In this document: piece after piece, positions 10,929 to 23,089 of the stretch
Layout: each line of letters starts with the position of its first letter
Position numbering within the stretch: the stretch's first letter is position 1
Source: Octopus sinensis
Taxonomy: Eukaryota
Reading direction: 5' to 3'
NCBI RefSeq assembly: GCF_006345805.1
Contig: NC_043012.1
Coordinates: forward strand, 20,336,001 to 20,400,000
DNA: 64,000 nucleotides
Program-made: the position numbers and the translations under genes
Notes under the pieces: generated by a model
Databases searched by the model: none
The model's input: only the letters and a program-made list of their open reading frames with translations
What the model was told of the DNA's origin: nothing

Positions 10929-13611
10929 CTGCTTAAGTTGCACCATGTCGATTGCTTCCATAAGATTTAGGTTGCCAATTTTGCAATATCAACGTATATA
11001 ATTTGCTAGGAAAAGAAGTATTCTAAGTCGAAGTGAGAAATATATGCACCTCTTGGTGTATATGTGTGCCTGTATTTCAAGTGTTAAATGTCAAGTGGAC
11101 ACGGAATTAGCGTTTGTACCTATGCATCACATTTGATATATTAGTTCAGGACAAAGATTCCTGCTGCCAGATATTAGACTATTCACAAAGTAAAATCATA
11201 AGTAGATAGGAATGTTCCCAATGGCGGCCAGTCTTAAGGTAATAGAAACAAGAAAAAATGTACTGGATTTCCGTGATTGGGGCGATATATTGGGAAACGT
11301 AATATCATTATCAACAAACCTTTTCTAATTCTTGTGCGGTGTAGGAATTCACAGTTACCAGTTCATTCACCTAGAACCATAACACCAGACCTCGTGGAGG
11401 TACCTCTCGCCTGCAATCTGTCACATGTTTTCAATGATATAACTATTATATCGACAGACATCAAATATTTCCCACCAACATGTCTAATAATGTCAGGTAA
11501 TGTTGCATGATACAATCGAATATGAGGTTCTAGGTATGCTCCTACCAACCCCTGAATGGGCCGAATTCACTGAGTGAATTACTGCATCCTCGACAGAATG
11601 AACGATCGTTAGGAATTACATACTGACCGTGAACTGTTATGCTCTAGTTGAAGAGATCATTTTGGTCGCTGTAAAGAACGAAAATTAGTCTTCTTCAAAA
11701 TTCAAAATTTAGATTGCTGATGCCGAGTCTATCAGATTCGAGATGGGAAACGTTAAGGATGGTCCGATGGCGTTAAGATTAGTTCGTTAAACATGAGAAG
11801 TTCTATTTGCCTCAGTCTTTGATATCGTCAAAAAGCTAAAACAAATCATTAATTGAGCAAAATCTCAGCTCAAAATAGATATATATCCAAGGTTACGGTT
11901 CCTCATAGGGGTGAAGAGCATGATTATTCACTTCAAAAATTAGAATGTTGCTGATATAGTAACGCTCTACTTGAGACTGGCAAATCTCGTTCATGCAAGG
12001 ATACGGATGTGTATATTTTTATCATTACTTCGAATGTTCTGGAACTTAATACCAGATGGAGATATTGTCCATATGGTCTTCGTTAGGTTGTAGCTTTAGG
12101 AAAAATGGAGGGGAAAACAGCAGTGAAATTCAGTTGGATATTCTTCGGGTCTGGTTGCTGTCTATGTCAGCGAAATGCATTTGCTTCATCCATCCATAGA
12201 CGGACGCTCGAAGTTTAGTTAATATGTAAAGCCAAAAACTAAAAAAAAAAACTATGCATACTGGTTCCTTATTTTTTAACATCTTCCTCACTTGTGTTGT
12301 CACGCTATTTTGCCAAAGAATGACCAGGAAGATGGTGCTAACAATTGAGCTACCGAATCGAAAGGAATCGTTTCAACAGAATAAAACAGGACGAATTCTC
12401 AGATCGTAACAAAATCCGCAGAGAATATTCGGAACGTTTTCAGAACATTTATGCGCATGCACGTTCCTACTTTAGTGCCACTACATAAATCCCCGCGAAA
12501 TTTCAGTTACGCTATGGCTATATTATCGTTATGTAAGAAGTGTTTTTGTTTTTTTTAAACTCATGAGTTTACGCGAAGGTCTAATCACTTCAATGACTAA
12601 GTTATATTTTTATCCTATTTGTTTATAAACAGATTGTTTGAATAATCATTTCTCTGTCCTTTCAGGACAAATTTCTTGTTGAAATAAGATATCAGATCTC
12701 AAACATTATGTTATAAACTTCATGTTCTCCTTCAACTTTGTTTTGTTCAGCGCATCAAGATAATTAACTGAAAATTGAGTAATCATTATTGTATAAATAT
12801 ATCATCAAATTTGGGGAAAAAAAGTTCTATTCTAATTACACTGAAATGACACCCTTGATTTCGTATAAAATATTATTATTCTGCGCACAAATACTGCTTC
12901 GTCTAAACAATTATTAGAAAATATAATACAGTATTTGATGACAAGAGGTGAGATCATAGGTGTTCGATGAAATGCTGGGAATGAAAATATACTCTCATGT
13001 ACATGCCTAAACTTAAATACATCATCCACCTATTGAAACTTTAAATATTCACGGGGAAATAAATCAACTTTTATGTTAAGAATATGGCTGTCTTCCATCC
13101 AGTCAAAAGCAGAATTTTTAAATAAATGAAGAGGTCAATAAGTTAATAACATGCGCTATATCATTAGAGATTACCGTATCTGTTTGGCATATATGGTCAA
13201 ATATACTAATTTGTTATAACGTATTTCATACAGAGGGTAAGTTAGAGTTGAATGAGTTTATCAGAAGTATTCGGGCTGCTTTAATTAAAAGCATAAATAT
13301 AAGTTTTCTAATTGGAATTGGAAATGAAAATTAGTTTCTCGCAAATAAATGTATGATAAATTAAAAATCACAGTTCGTTAAAAACCTTTATTAACTATAG
13401 TGAAAGGAAAGTGATAATAATTACATTTATGTGGTTTCGATAGAGTGTCTGTAAAGGGAATATAAATATTAAACAATACGCTATTTTAAGAGACTTTTAT
13501 TAGATGAATAAATTCATTTAACTAACTACTAGTTTTGGCTTCACTATTTCCACTCGTCTAATTATCATTCATGATAATGTGTTGTTCAGTAAGAGAAACA
13601 TTCATAAGTTC

Positions 13612-13634
13612 ACACACACACATACACACACATA

Positions 13635-13667
<33 letters not shown>

Positions 13668-13695
13668 CACACACACATACACACACACACACACA
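13612..13695. repeat. (CA)n microsatellite
   Basis: Read directly. Confidence 0.97.
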
Positions 13696-13919
13696 TGCAT
13701 GAACACTATCAGGAGTTGATACTTATTTGTGAATGCTTATAGATATTAAATTTTATAATTGTCACCTCGTTTCACCTCTGCATTTTATTATTTCAAAACA
13801 CAGCAAATATTTACTCTTGTCGGATTTTTAGAATCTTTCTTCATAACTAAATGAAACTTAATCGACTGATTGCAATAAAGTGATAGCAAAATTTAAACTC
13901 AGATTTAGATCTCTCTAAC

Positions 13920-14400
13920 ATTATTACTCCTAGAAGACTTTGTAATCGTCATGATTTTCCTCTTGGTAAATAACTATATAGAGAGGGAACATGGAAAATA
14001 TACCTCGATGAATGTTTCCTAATATTATCAAAGCCCTTAAAGCTTTGGAAGAATTCAACGTATTTCTCAACAATCTACATCCTACATCACAAAGGAAATG
14101 CACAAGAAATATTAACATTTTTCGATATAATGCTAATTAAAAATTATATATCAAAATCATTATGAACATATATTGTAAAGACACAGATACACGTCAATAC
14201 CTGAACTTCAAGTCACGTCATCCACCGCATAGAAACCATAATATCCTAAACTGTCTAGAGACGAAAATTGATTCTCTTGTTGATAATATGAAAACAAGAA
14301 GCAAACAACGCACAAAAATTGTCACCACGACTTCATAGACATTGTTTAATGGTATGCAGCGGTCATAACATATATCTAAGCGCAAAAAATGGGACCACAA
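13920..14400 (+). mobile_element. Penelope-like element RT fragment; dead
   Basis: Frames give WKIYLDECFLI (YLDD box), EEFNVFLNNLHP, ILTFFDI and MNIYCKDTDTRQYLNFKSRHPPH, matching the PLE RT pattern WxRYxDD..LNxLHPxIKFT..PFLD..DIYxKPTDTxQYLxFxSxHP. Confidence 0.75.
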
Positions 14401-14919
14401 GTCCAGAACATCGTATTTTGTTATAGGACGTAATAATTCATGTCATCAAAATATTTTTAACGTCAATAAACCAAACTTGTTTATCATCGGACGAACTAAA
14501 GAATTTAATTAATAAACGTACAGGTTTTTCAAAGTAAAAAACAACCAAATAAATCGAAGGTACTTTTCGAATGAAAAACAACGATAAAAAATAGTATCAA
14601 AACCAAATACAATGAAAATCGATGTGGCACTTACTAATCTGCGAGTAGCTGTCAGTATATCAACTCAAACACTGGACGTAGATTATTTCCATATGGGAGA
14701 ATATGCACTGTAAATGAAGAGGTGGTTTTATTGAATGCCCATAATAGCGCTTGGCAGAAAAATCTACTGCTCAGGTAGAAAACTCATTATGGAAATGCAC
14801 GCAGGCACACCGGCAGACAATGAGATGCTTTCCATCAGATCTCGGTAATCAATCAATCAATCATGTTGTAAGATAATGTTTTTTTAATGTTTATAGGTTA
14901 CAACTTTTACAAGTTTTAT

Positions 14920-15480
14920 ATAAGGTGCCTCTTGAGCGCTACTGGTAACATGTAAACCAGTACAACCTGTCGCATTGTCGGATCCTTGGTGACTAAACCG
15001 GCAACCCCATCAAGCTTGCTTGGTGAGGAGGGTAATTGTTGGACACCCTGAAGGACGAAAAATAAGACCCGTCAAAGGGATTACTGTGTAGTCAACGATC
15101 AATTCAACAAATACCTTGTTGCGGTAGAGTGCCTGCGTGCTCCATTGGCCAGGAGAGCTATGCTGGAGGGAGAGAAATCTTCTTACCAGGCCAGAGAAGT
15201 CGAAGGGTATGAGACAGACAAAACCTTAACGACAATAAATCAAAGTGTCAGCAGCAGGGCGTAGATTTAGTTATAGGTAGGACCTAACAGATCAGATTCT
15301 TGGCTTTGAACATGCAGGGTGTCAAGCAATGGATGAGACACAAATATTTGTAGTTAAATGAAAATTGCGGGACCACATGAAGCAGCGTCCTGTGACGCCT
15401 ATAGTATGCGCAACCCAAAACGCTTATGAGGGGTGTCGTCTGGGACGACCTACATGAGATGAGATTTGCAAATTTTACGA
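14920..15480 (+). mobile_element. Probable 5' UTR/leader of an RTE-type LINE
   Basis: GC-richer island with AAACCGGCAACCCC...GGAGGGTAATTGTTGGACACCCTG and CCAGGCCAGAGAAGTCGAAGGGTATGAGACAGAC, resembling RTE leaders (from memory). No ORF support. Confidence 0.35.
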
Positions 15481-15720
15481 CTCGAATGACTCCACAAGTA
15501 AGTAAATAATAAACTTACTGAAAGCACAATAAGAAGAAAATATTAATGTTGATTTAAACCACCTTCAAATATAACCGATATCTAAGCTGGATAGCTTATA
15601 TAAAGGGTGAAATAACCCAGGTAGAATACACTGACTTACACACACATGTATACATAAAATACATGTGCACAAATGTGCACAAATGAAGTTGAACACTATC
15701 ACACGCGCGCTGACGCATGT

Positions 15721-16108
15721 ATTCTTTTATTCTTTTACTTGTTTCTGCCATTTGATTGCGGCTATTCTGGAGCACCGCCTTGAAGCGTTTCGTCGACCCC
15801 ACTTCGACTCCAGGACTTATATTTTAAGCCTAGCTTTTATTCTATCGGTCTCTCTTACCTAGCCGCTAATTTACAGCCACTTAAACACACCAGTGCTGTT
15901 CGTAAAGGTACACAGTTTGATATATACATATCTACATCTATGTGCGGCGGGTTTCTTTCAGTTTCCGTCTACCAAATCTACTCACGAGGTTTTCGACGGC
16001 CCGAGGTTATATTGGCTAGCTTTAGACGAAGGTGACACGAGTAGGAATGAACCTGGAAACATGTGGTTGGGAAACAAACTTCCTACCACGCAGCCACACC
16101 TGCACCTA
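15721..16108 (-). mobile_element. SINE family A, full length
   Basis: TTTTACTTGTTTC..CATTTGATTGCGGC...CTGGAGCACCGCCTTG tail through to the CTTCCTACCACGCAGCCACACCTGCACC head; homologous to 6554-7047. Confidence 0.9.
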
Positions 16109-16259
16109 TCTATCTATCTATATACCTATGCACACACACATACACACTCACACACACACACACACACACACAGATATATATATATCTGTAAATACATATA
16201 TTTACATAATATTGCTCTTGGAGATCGTACTCATTCATATATAAACTCACATTTATTTT

Positions 16260-16580
16260 CTGCGTTAGCGAAGTCCTATTACTCTACCGCGGTGTCATGG
16301 TACTTCTTTCATTAGCTGATTACACAACCATTGACGCCAGCCCTACCGATGCGTTGCAACTACTATTTTGACAGAGCTTGGTGAAAGTGACCGTTGACCT
16401 TCTAGTATTCCTCCGCCCAGCATCAATGTGATGCTTACGAGAAACAGTTCTATTTCGCGGGACGTGCAATAGACAATATTTTGCAAGTATCATCTCCTTT
16501 TGGATTTCTTTAAACTCTGCGTGAGAGCAGCTTGACAAAAATGAGTGCATACCTGCAAAAATTGTAACATGAAACACCTA
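16260..16580 (-). mobile_element. Possible highly decayed mariner N-terminal (HTH) relic
   Basis: KEIQKEMI...PRNRTVSRK..DAGRRNT loosely resembles KEIHxEM...PSYSTVKKW..FKRGRxST. Confidence 0.28.
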
Positions 16581-16656
16581 TATTTATAATTAATCGCATA
16601 CAGTATTAGTTTCCTCAGGTGTCCCGACAACAGAATAGAAACACTATCGATCTATG

Positions 16657-16790
16657 TAGCGGCAGACGAAATACCTATTTCTTTACTAGCCACAAGGGGC
16701 TAAACACAGAGGAGACAAACAAAGACGGATTAAGTCGATTACATCGACCCCAGTGCGAAACTGGTACTTAATTTATCGACCCCTTTGGGC
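16657..16790 (-). mobile_element. SINE family B fragment (dimer-junction part)
   Basis: GCGGCAGACGAAATACCTATTTCTTTACTAGCCACAAGGGG...CATCGACCCCAGTGCGAAACTGGTACTTAATTTATCGACCCC is near-identical to the middle of 20589-20984. Confidence 0.9.
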
Positions 16791-17263
16791 AAATATTTCT
16801 TGTTGTTATTACGATTACGACCAAAACGCAAAGTTCTCCCGTTTAAGGTTATTTTATTCTTTGCTTGAAACATCTCCTGCTGTTTATTTTCTCACTTATT
16901 GTGCAAGTCGGACAAAATGAAGCCCCAGACTGAAGAGCAAACACTTGTTACACTTAGGAAACTTTCGTACCAGACACGTTATTACTGCTGACATTTCTAT
17001 GGAGAGGATCAAGTTGGAGATCAAATTTTATCAATCTCTCAAATCTAGAAGAGCATGCAGATTACATCGACACTCATCTACCTATCACTTATGCCTACGG
17101 ATATTGATGATTATTTAGAACAATACGTATGTACACGGACCCAAGCATTCATGGACATGTTTGCTCACATGTAGATATTTGTTTATAAAATACATGTTTA
17201 GATAGATAGATAGATAGATGTACGTACATACAAATATACACACATGCACACACTCTTTCACAC

Positions 17264-17307
<44 letters not shown>

Positions 17308-18332
17308 GTGCATAGTTCAGGGCACATTTATATATATACATTTATATATATATACATTTATATATATATATGTATCTCTAGATATTTGCAAATATATCTA
17401 GACATGTTTCATTATATATACTTAGTGTGTATATACATATTTTCCTATTACACACTCACATGCACACATACAAACACACACGCAGACAAGCACACGCACA
17501 CACAAGCGCACACACATACACATGTCTTAAAATAGCTGTATTTCTCTATTACGAAATATAAATATAAATTCATTAAATTGTGTAATTTGTTCGATATGCT
17601 TGTAGATTATATTACAAAAATTACTTTAAATTCAACAGAAATAATTATTAAATTTCATGTTTGCATTGTTTGATTACTTTGATTGTCTCTTTTCAAAGAA
17701 GATCAATATACATTAATAGCGTTCCTAATTACATGACAGCCCTATAGTTCTATTGTACATGAAAGGAATTGTCGATGTATATTCCATTGAAAAAGAAGCT
17801 ATTTTCAAACTAATAATTTAAATTATGCATGAAGAACCGGTGTATTTTCACAAAGTGTTAAAATACATGGCATATCACGTATATATATATTCGTGATACA
17901 AAGGTATAAAACCATTAATCCTTATTGGATATATAAACATATATATATATATTTGGAAGTATATAACAAATTATCAGCTATAAAAAATTCATGGTCCTAT
18001 TCATGGTTTCAGGTTTACATTTAACAATTCTTCACAGAATATTCATAATAAAAGCGACAGCATTTGTTTTTGATTTTTTTTTTTGGCTTTTTTTCAAAAG
18101 ATAAAGTAATTATAAGTTGATTACCGTTATTCTTACATTAGTGAGATGTGAATGAAAATATTTGGTTGGACGTTAGAAAAAGCTAACATTTTGAGGCTTA
18201 TGTGTTCTGTTGAGGAATGTTATTCATTAGCTTGTGTTTTGCAGAACAACAAAAGCCTCTATAAAGTATGAAAGAAACAGTGGCACAGAAATATAAGAAG
18301 TTCAAACAGCAATGACGTGGTCTTTGTTTGGT

Positions 18333-18710
18333 AGCAGGAATAGTTGTGTAGTTAAGAAGATTACTTTGCAACCACATGATTTCGAGTTCACTTCCTTGTG
18401 CGTCATTTTCGGTATGACTGCTATTATTATAGCAGTGGACTGACCTATGTCGCGTGAGTGAATTTTCTCGGGAATTGTTCGGATATTGTACGAAAACTTA
18501 CCATATTGTTTGCGCGGCTGTAGGCAGGGTACATCCGGTGCATCGGGATATTTGTGTGTGACTTCGACTGCTGATCACCGTTTGCTTACCTTCTCATTAT
18601 ACAGCGCTTAGCAACATGAATACGATATAGATTTAAGATAACCAACGGGGTTGATTTGATCACAATAACCCTTCAAGTAGCTCTGAAAGTTCAAACAGTC
18701 AGCCATAAGT
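18333..18710 (+). mobile_element. Degenerate SINE family A
   Basis: Head GCAGGAATAGTTGTGTAGTTAAGAAG...AACCACATGATTTCGAGTTCA, with weak tail similarity. Confidence 0.55.
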
Positions 18711-19457
18711 TAGGTATAGGAAAATAGCGAGTTTAAATTTAGAATAATTGTTGGCTTGTATTCAGGTAATAATTTTAATTCAGGTGGTTTGATTATTTTT
18801 CTGTTTTCATAAATTTCTCTTGCTATCAGTAATTGTTCAGTTGCTGTGTAAGTACCACAAGTAAGGTTGATATCATGCATACCTTATTCTCATATACGTT
18901 TTAACGATTCCTTCCTACAGTCCTGTTTCTTCACATATGCCTAGTAAAATAGCTGTCAACATTTTACATTTAATATAGAACCAAATACGTTATTCAGCAT
19001 AAAGTTTACCGAAAGACGCAAGTGGAGAAATTTGAAATATTTTCAAGTACGTCAAAATATGAAGAGTACGTAATTCGATTTACTATTTCATAATTTCATA
19101 TTTCTGCTATGCCTATATCTTTGAAAATTATGTTTATGGATACTTGTGCCACATCTCTCCATATAAAAGGGAAATCAATCCCTTATGCTACAATATTCAA
19201 ATTCGTAAACTATATAAAGGTAAATAAATATACAAGCATTCGTGCGTGTATGTATGTGTGTATGCGTGTGCGTGTGTTTGTGCATATGCGCGTTTGTGTG
19301 TATATGTCTGTGTGTCTGTGTGTGTGTGTTTGGAGCAACTAAATCGTCCTTCATTTCCTAACCATCTCTCCCTAATTCTTACGGTGAAAGTATGCTTAAC
19401 ACCAGTTTAATTTTCAATTTTCACCGTAGTTTCACTCCTTTCTTATTTATTTCATTG

Positions 19458-19458
<1 letters not shown>

Positions 19459-19543
<85 letters not shown>

Positions 19544-19560
19544 CCTCTCTCTCTCTATCT
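19459..19560. repeat. (TCTA)n-(TCTT)n-(CT)n compound microsatellite
   Basis: Read directly. Confidence 0.95.
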
Positions 19561-19661
19561 GTTTGCTTACCCATCTATCTGTCTATCTTTATTTTTAAGT
19601 TCTATCTATCTATTTTTCCATTTATCTACTTATCTATCTATACACCTATATACATAAATGA

Positions 19662-19993
19662 GATGGCGCTCGGTTGGATACGACGACGAGTGTTCTAGTT
19701 GATCCGATCACCGGAACAGCGTGCTCGTAAAATCAACGTGCAAGTGGCTGAGCACTCCACAGACACATGTACCCTGAACGTAATTCTCAGGGAGATTCAG
19801 CCTGACATAAATTTTGCCAAGGCTGACCTTTTGAGGTACAGGTGCAACTCGTGCTTCCCTCCTGAGTTGACTGGAGCGGTGTGGAAGACAATCAAGGACA
19901 CAACGATCGTCGACACAACGCTTCGCCGGGAATGGAACTCACGACTTCATGATCGCAAGCCGGTACTCTAACCACTAAACCACGCACCTTCAC
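19662..19993 (-). mobile_element. SINE family C (tRNA head, GTGTCCTTGA core, distinct 3' tail)
   Basis: Reverse complement head GTGCGTGGTTTAGTGGTTAGAGTACC...GTGAGTTCCATTCCCGG. The tail AACGTGCAAGTGGCTGAGCACTCCACAG...GGGAGATTCAGC is shared with 53826-54110. Confidence 0.85.
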
Positions 19994-20588
19994 AATATAC
20001 ATACATATACATATGTGTGCGTTTGTGTGTGTGAGTGTGTGTGTCTGTGTGTGTGTACTTGCACATTCGCACTCACACACATACTCATCATTTCCTCATA
20101 TACGTGAAACTACATGTATGTGCGCGCGTGAGTGGGATCTTCAATATCGAAGACAAGACTCATGGCTTTCTGAAGTGAAGGACACGCCCTATCCTTCGCA
20201 GAATTCCGTTAAAATACGCAAGGTATTTAGAAAATGGTCATTTGCTTGGTGTATTTGAAATACATATCCTGCAGCAAAAGCGTTTTTGTTCTGATACAGT
20301 CACGTGACATTTGAATACATGTGTAACAGAGTTTGGAAAAACTATGCTGTAGTAGGTCCCAGGATTTAACTTTACCAACTTCCAGGGCCCACGTTAGCAG
20401 CTCATGGGCGTCAAAGATAGCAGCTCACAGATGTGAACGACAATGTTCAGCGCTGCATTTCGGTAGCGTTCAGCTTGTACTTTTTCAAACATGGGGCTTC
20501 CCTGCTACATTTCTCCCTAGAGGAGCTGATTTTTGGATACGTTCCAGCATGCGATAGACATGTGTCATTCAACAGACTTGGGTATTCT

Positions 20589-20984
20589 TTTCTACCCTAG
20601 ACACAAGGCTAAAAATTTTGGAGGAAGGAGCCAGTCGGTTAGATCGTTCCCAATTCGCAACTATTACTTAATTTATTGACCCCGAAAGGATAAAAAGCAA
20701 AGTCGACCGCGGCGGAAATTGAACTCAGAATGTAACAGCAGATGAAATACCTATTTCTTTACTACCCATAAGAGGCTAATCACAGAGGTGACAAACAAGG
20801 ACAGACAAATGGATTAAGTTGATTACATCGACCCCAGTACGTAACTGGTACTTAATTTATTGACCACGAAAGGATGAAAGGCAAAGTCGACATCGGCGGA
20901 ATTTGTACTCAGAAGGTAAAGACAGACGAAATACCGCTAAGCATTTCGTCAGGCGTTCCAACGTTTCTGCCAGCTCACCGCCTT
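20589..20984 (-). mobile_element. SINE family B, dimeric form, with 16-bp TSD
   Basis: CAGACTTGGGTATTCT at 20573-20588 and 20985-21000. The core TACTTAATTTATTGACC.CGAAAGGAT.AAA.GCAAAGTCGAC..CGGCGGAA occurs twice inside the element. Confidence 0.95.
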
Positions 20985-21178
20985 CAGACTTGGGTATTCT
21001 GCAAGATAGTGTAACTTGATTGTGATGTTTACACTCAGAAGCACTTCCGTGTTGAGAATCATTGCCAGTAATGAATACTGCTGAAAAATTATTTGGAATT
21101 TATTGGTTTTGCACGAATGCTCTGGACTCTCCAAGAAACGCAGACATATACAAGGATATCTTTCTTCATCTTGTAACA

Positions 21179-21672
21179 TTCACTTGTTTCAGTCATTGGA
21201 CTGTGACCATGCGGAAGCAACGCATTGAAGAGTTTAGACGAACAACTGATCTCCGATTTTCCAAACCTTTTTTATCTTCTATGGGTTTATGATACAGGAC
21301 CGCTAAGTCACAGAGATGTAAGGTAACCAACACCAGTTGTCAAGCAGTTTTGGACTAACACACATACATGGACACACAGAAACAGCACACACACATACAC
21401 ACACATACATATAGGCATAAAAAATCCCTAGGATTGCACCTAGAATGTTCTGCTCCAAGCCCGGTAAGATTGTTAATTTGATTATAGAAGACCAGCAGTC
21501 GCCCATGCATACCACTTTCCCCTCAAGGGAAAAGCAAAAGGGCCGAGACAGCTTGGCACCAATGGCGTCGTAATTCATTCCTACAGCTGATTGAACTGGA
21601 GCAACGTGAAATAAAGTTTCTTGCTCGAGGACACAACACATAGCCCAGTTAGTGAATCGAACTCACTACATC
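21179..21672 (-). mobile_element. Hybrid SINE (family C-type head/core with family A-type tail)
   Basis: Head/core CTGGAGCAACGTGAAATAAAGTTTCTTGCTCGAGGACACAAC (also in family C copies). Tail CACTTGTTTCAGTCATTGGACTGTGACCATGC (family A). Confidence 0.8.
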
Positions 21673-22194
21673 ACACATCAATTACGTGTTTTATCTATTT
21701 AGTGCAGTATAGCGCACGGATTTACGACTCGCTTATATCTGTGAGTGTTAGAACAACTGAAAGTCATACAAAAGCGAGACAATTCGGCTCCGATGCCATC
21801 GAGGAGTGACGGATACCGATATTTCGCCATCTTTGGGGCTTATTACTATCTCCTAGCTGAATGGAACCGGGGCCGAATCGCTCAACCGTGATTACATAAA
21901 TGTTGTAAAAGCAATTTGCTGATATTCGACAGCGATTCTTACGTAAGACAAATTAAAAGCAGCGCCAGTGATGTAAAAATTATCGACTGCACATACTCAA
22001 TGTATATGTTTTGCTACTTCGCCGGGTCGCTGTCACATAGCGCCAGGGGGAACGATTCCTTCATTACGTTGGGTGTTAAAACACTCGAATGTCATCATCC
22101 GGGGACGGTATCGAACCGCCAATATATGACAAATGGTACTCCGTAGCATAATCAATGCTTTTAGTTTGTTATCGAATTTAATCTTACGTATGCA

Positions 22195-22457
22195 TCGCCG
22201 TGGTGGTTCTGCTGAGAAAGGAACCGAGTGTGGGGGGTACCAAATAGATAATTTTAGACACGTAACTTTGTTGAAAGCAGATTACAAGATTGTGGCCAAG
22301 TGTTTAGCGCTGTTTGTCAGTAAACTGGTGACACACGGACATGCGATTTCTAGCTATATGTATCCACAATAACCTCCACATCATGCCTTTCATTATAGTG
22401 GCGATTAGTAGGGAAGCTGGTAGGGATGAGGCCGTGATCAATTTGGATCAATCAAAA
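22195..22457 (+). mobile_element. L1/Tx1-clade LINE RT fragment
   Basis: AVVVLLRKEP...DNFRHVTLLKADYKIVAKCLA...EAGRDEAVINLDQSK matches NxRPIxLLNxDYKILAK...LDQxKAFD. Confidence 0.85.
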
Positions 22458-22462
22458 TCGAC

Positions 22463-22965
22463 TGTGGTGCGTTTGGCTTAGTCATTGTGTATGCTCCAAC
22501 TGTGGCAGGGCAGTGAGATTTCTTCAGACGTCTGGAGGGTACTTGTGAGATGTCAGGCTCTTTAATGCTATTGGGAGGCTGGAACGCCATTTTTGATGCA
22601 CGCCTGGATAACGTGGGACTAACAAATGGATAGAGAAGTGTAAAAGTTTCGCAAACCAGCTCAGTCATTTCCAACAGACTAAGAAATAACGACTAGATTT
22701 CCCGAATGTGCAAATATGGAGATGGGCAAACAGCACCGAGCCTTCCAGAGCGTATCTAGATAGGATATTTTGTAGACCAGCAGATCGAAGTGGTATAGGT
22801 TGTCCATAGTTAAAAAGTTTTCGGCTTCACGGCCCACAAATTTCTGATGTGTACTATCGACCTTGATAGGATCCATACGCATGGCCCTCGATACTGGAAG
22901 CTGAACGCGGCTTTCCCGGCGTGTCAAGCATTCAGAAACGGTGTTAGCAAGGTAGTCCATCGAAG
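22463..22965 (+). mobile_element. L1/Tx1-clade LINE apurinic endonuclease fragment
   Basis: FGLVIVYAPTVAGQ*DFFRRLE..LMLLGGWNAIFDARLD, WRWANSTEPSRAYLDRIF, AHKFLMCTIDLD...GPRYWKLNA: the APE motifs VYAP, GD(W/F)N, LDRI, DH and YWKLN. Confidence 0.85.
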
Positions 22966-22974
22966 TTGTTAGGT

Positions 22975-23089
22975 AAGGATGAAAGGCAAAGTCGACCTCG
23001 GCGGCATTTGAACACAGAACGCAGCGGCAGACGAAATACCACTAAGCATTTCGCTCGGCGTGCTAACGTTTCAGCCAGCTCGCCGCCTT
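22975..23089 (-). mobile_element. SINE family B, 5' half
   Basis: AAGGATGAAAGGCAAAGTCGACCTCGGCGGCATTTGAAC...GCCAGCTCGCCGCC. Confidence 0.92.

Noticed and set aside
12646-12720. Strong + strand polypyrimidine/CAG acceptors here and at ~27770, ~30484 and ~52040
   Set aside because: No matching donors giving a coherent open exon chain; transcript data would be needed.
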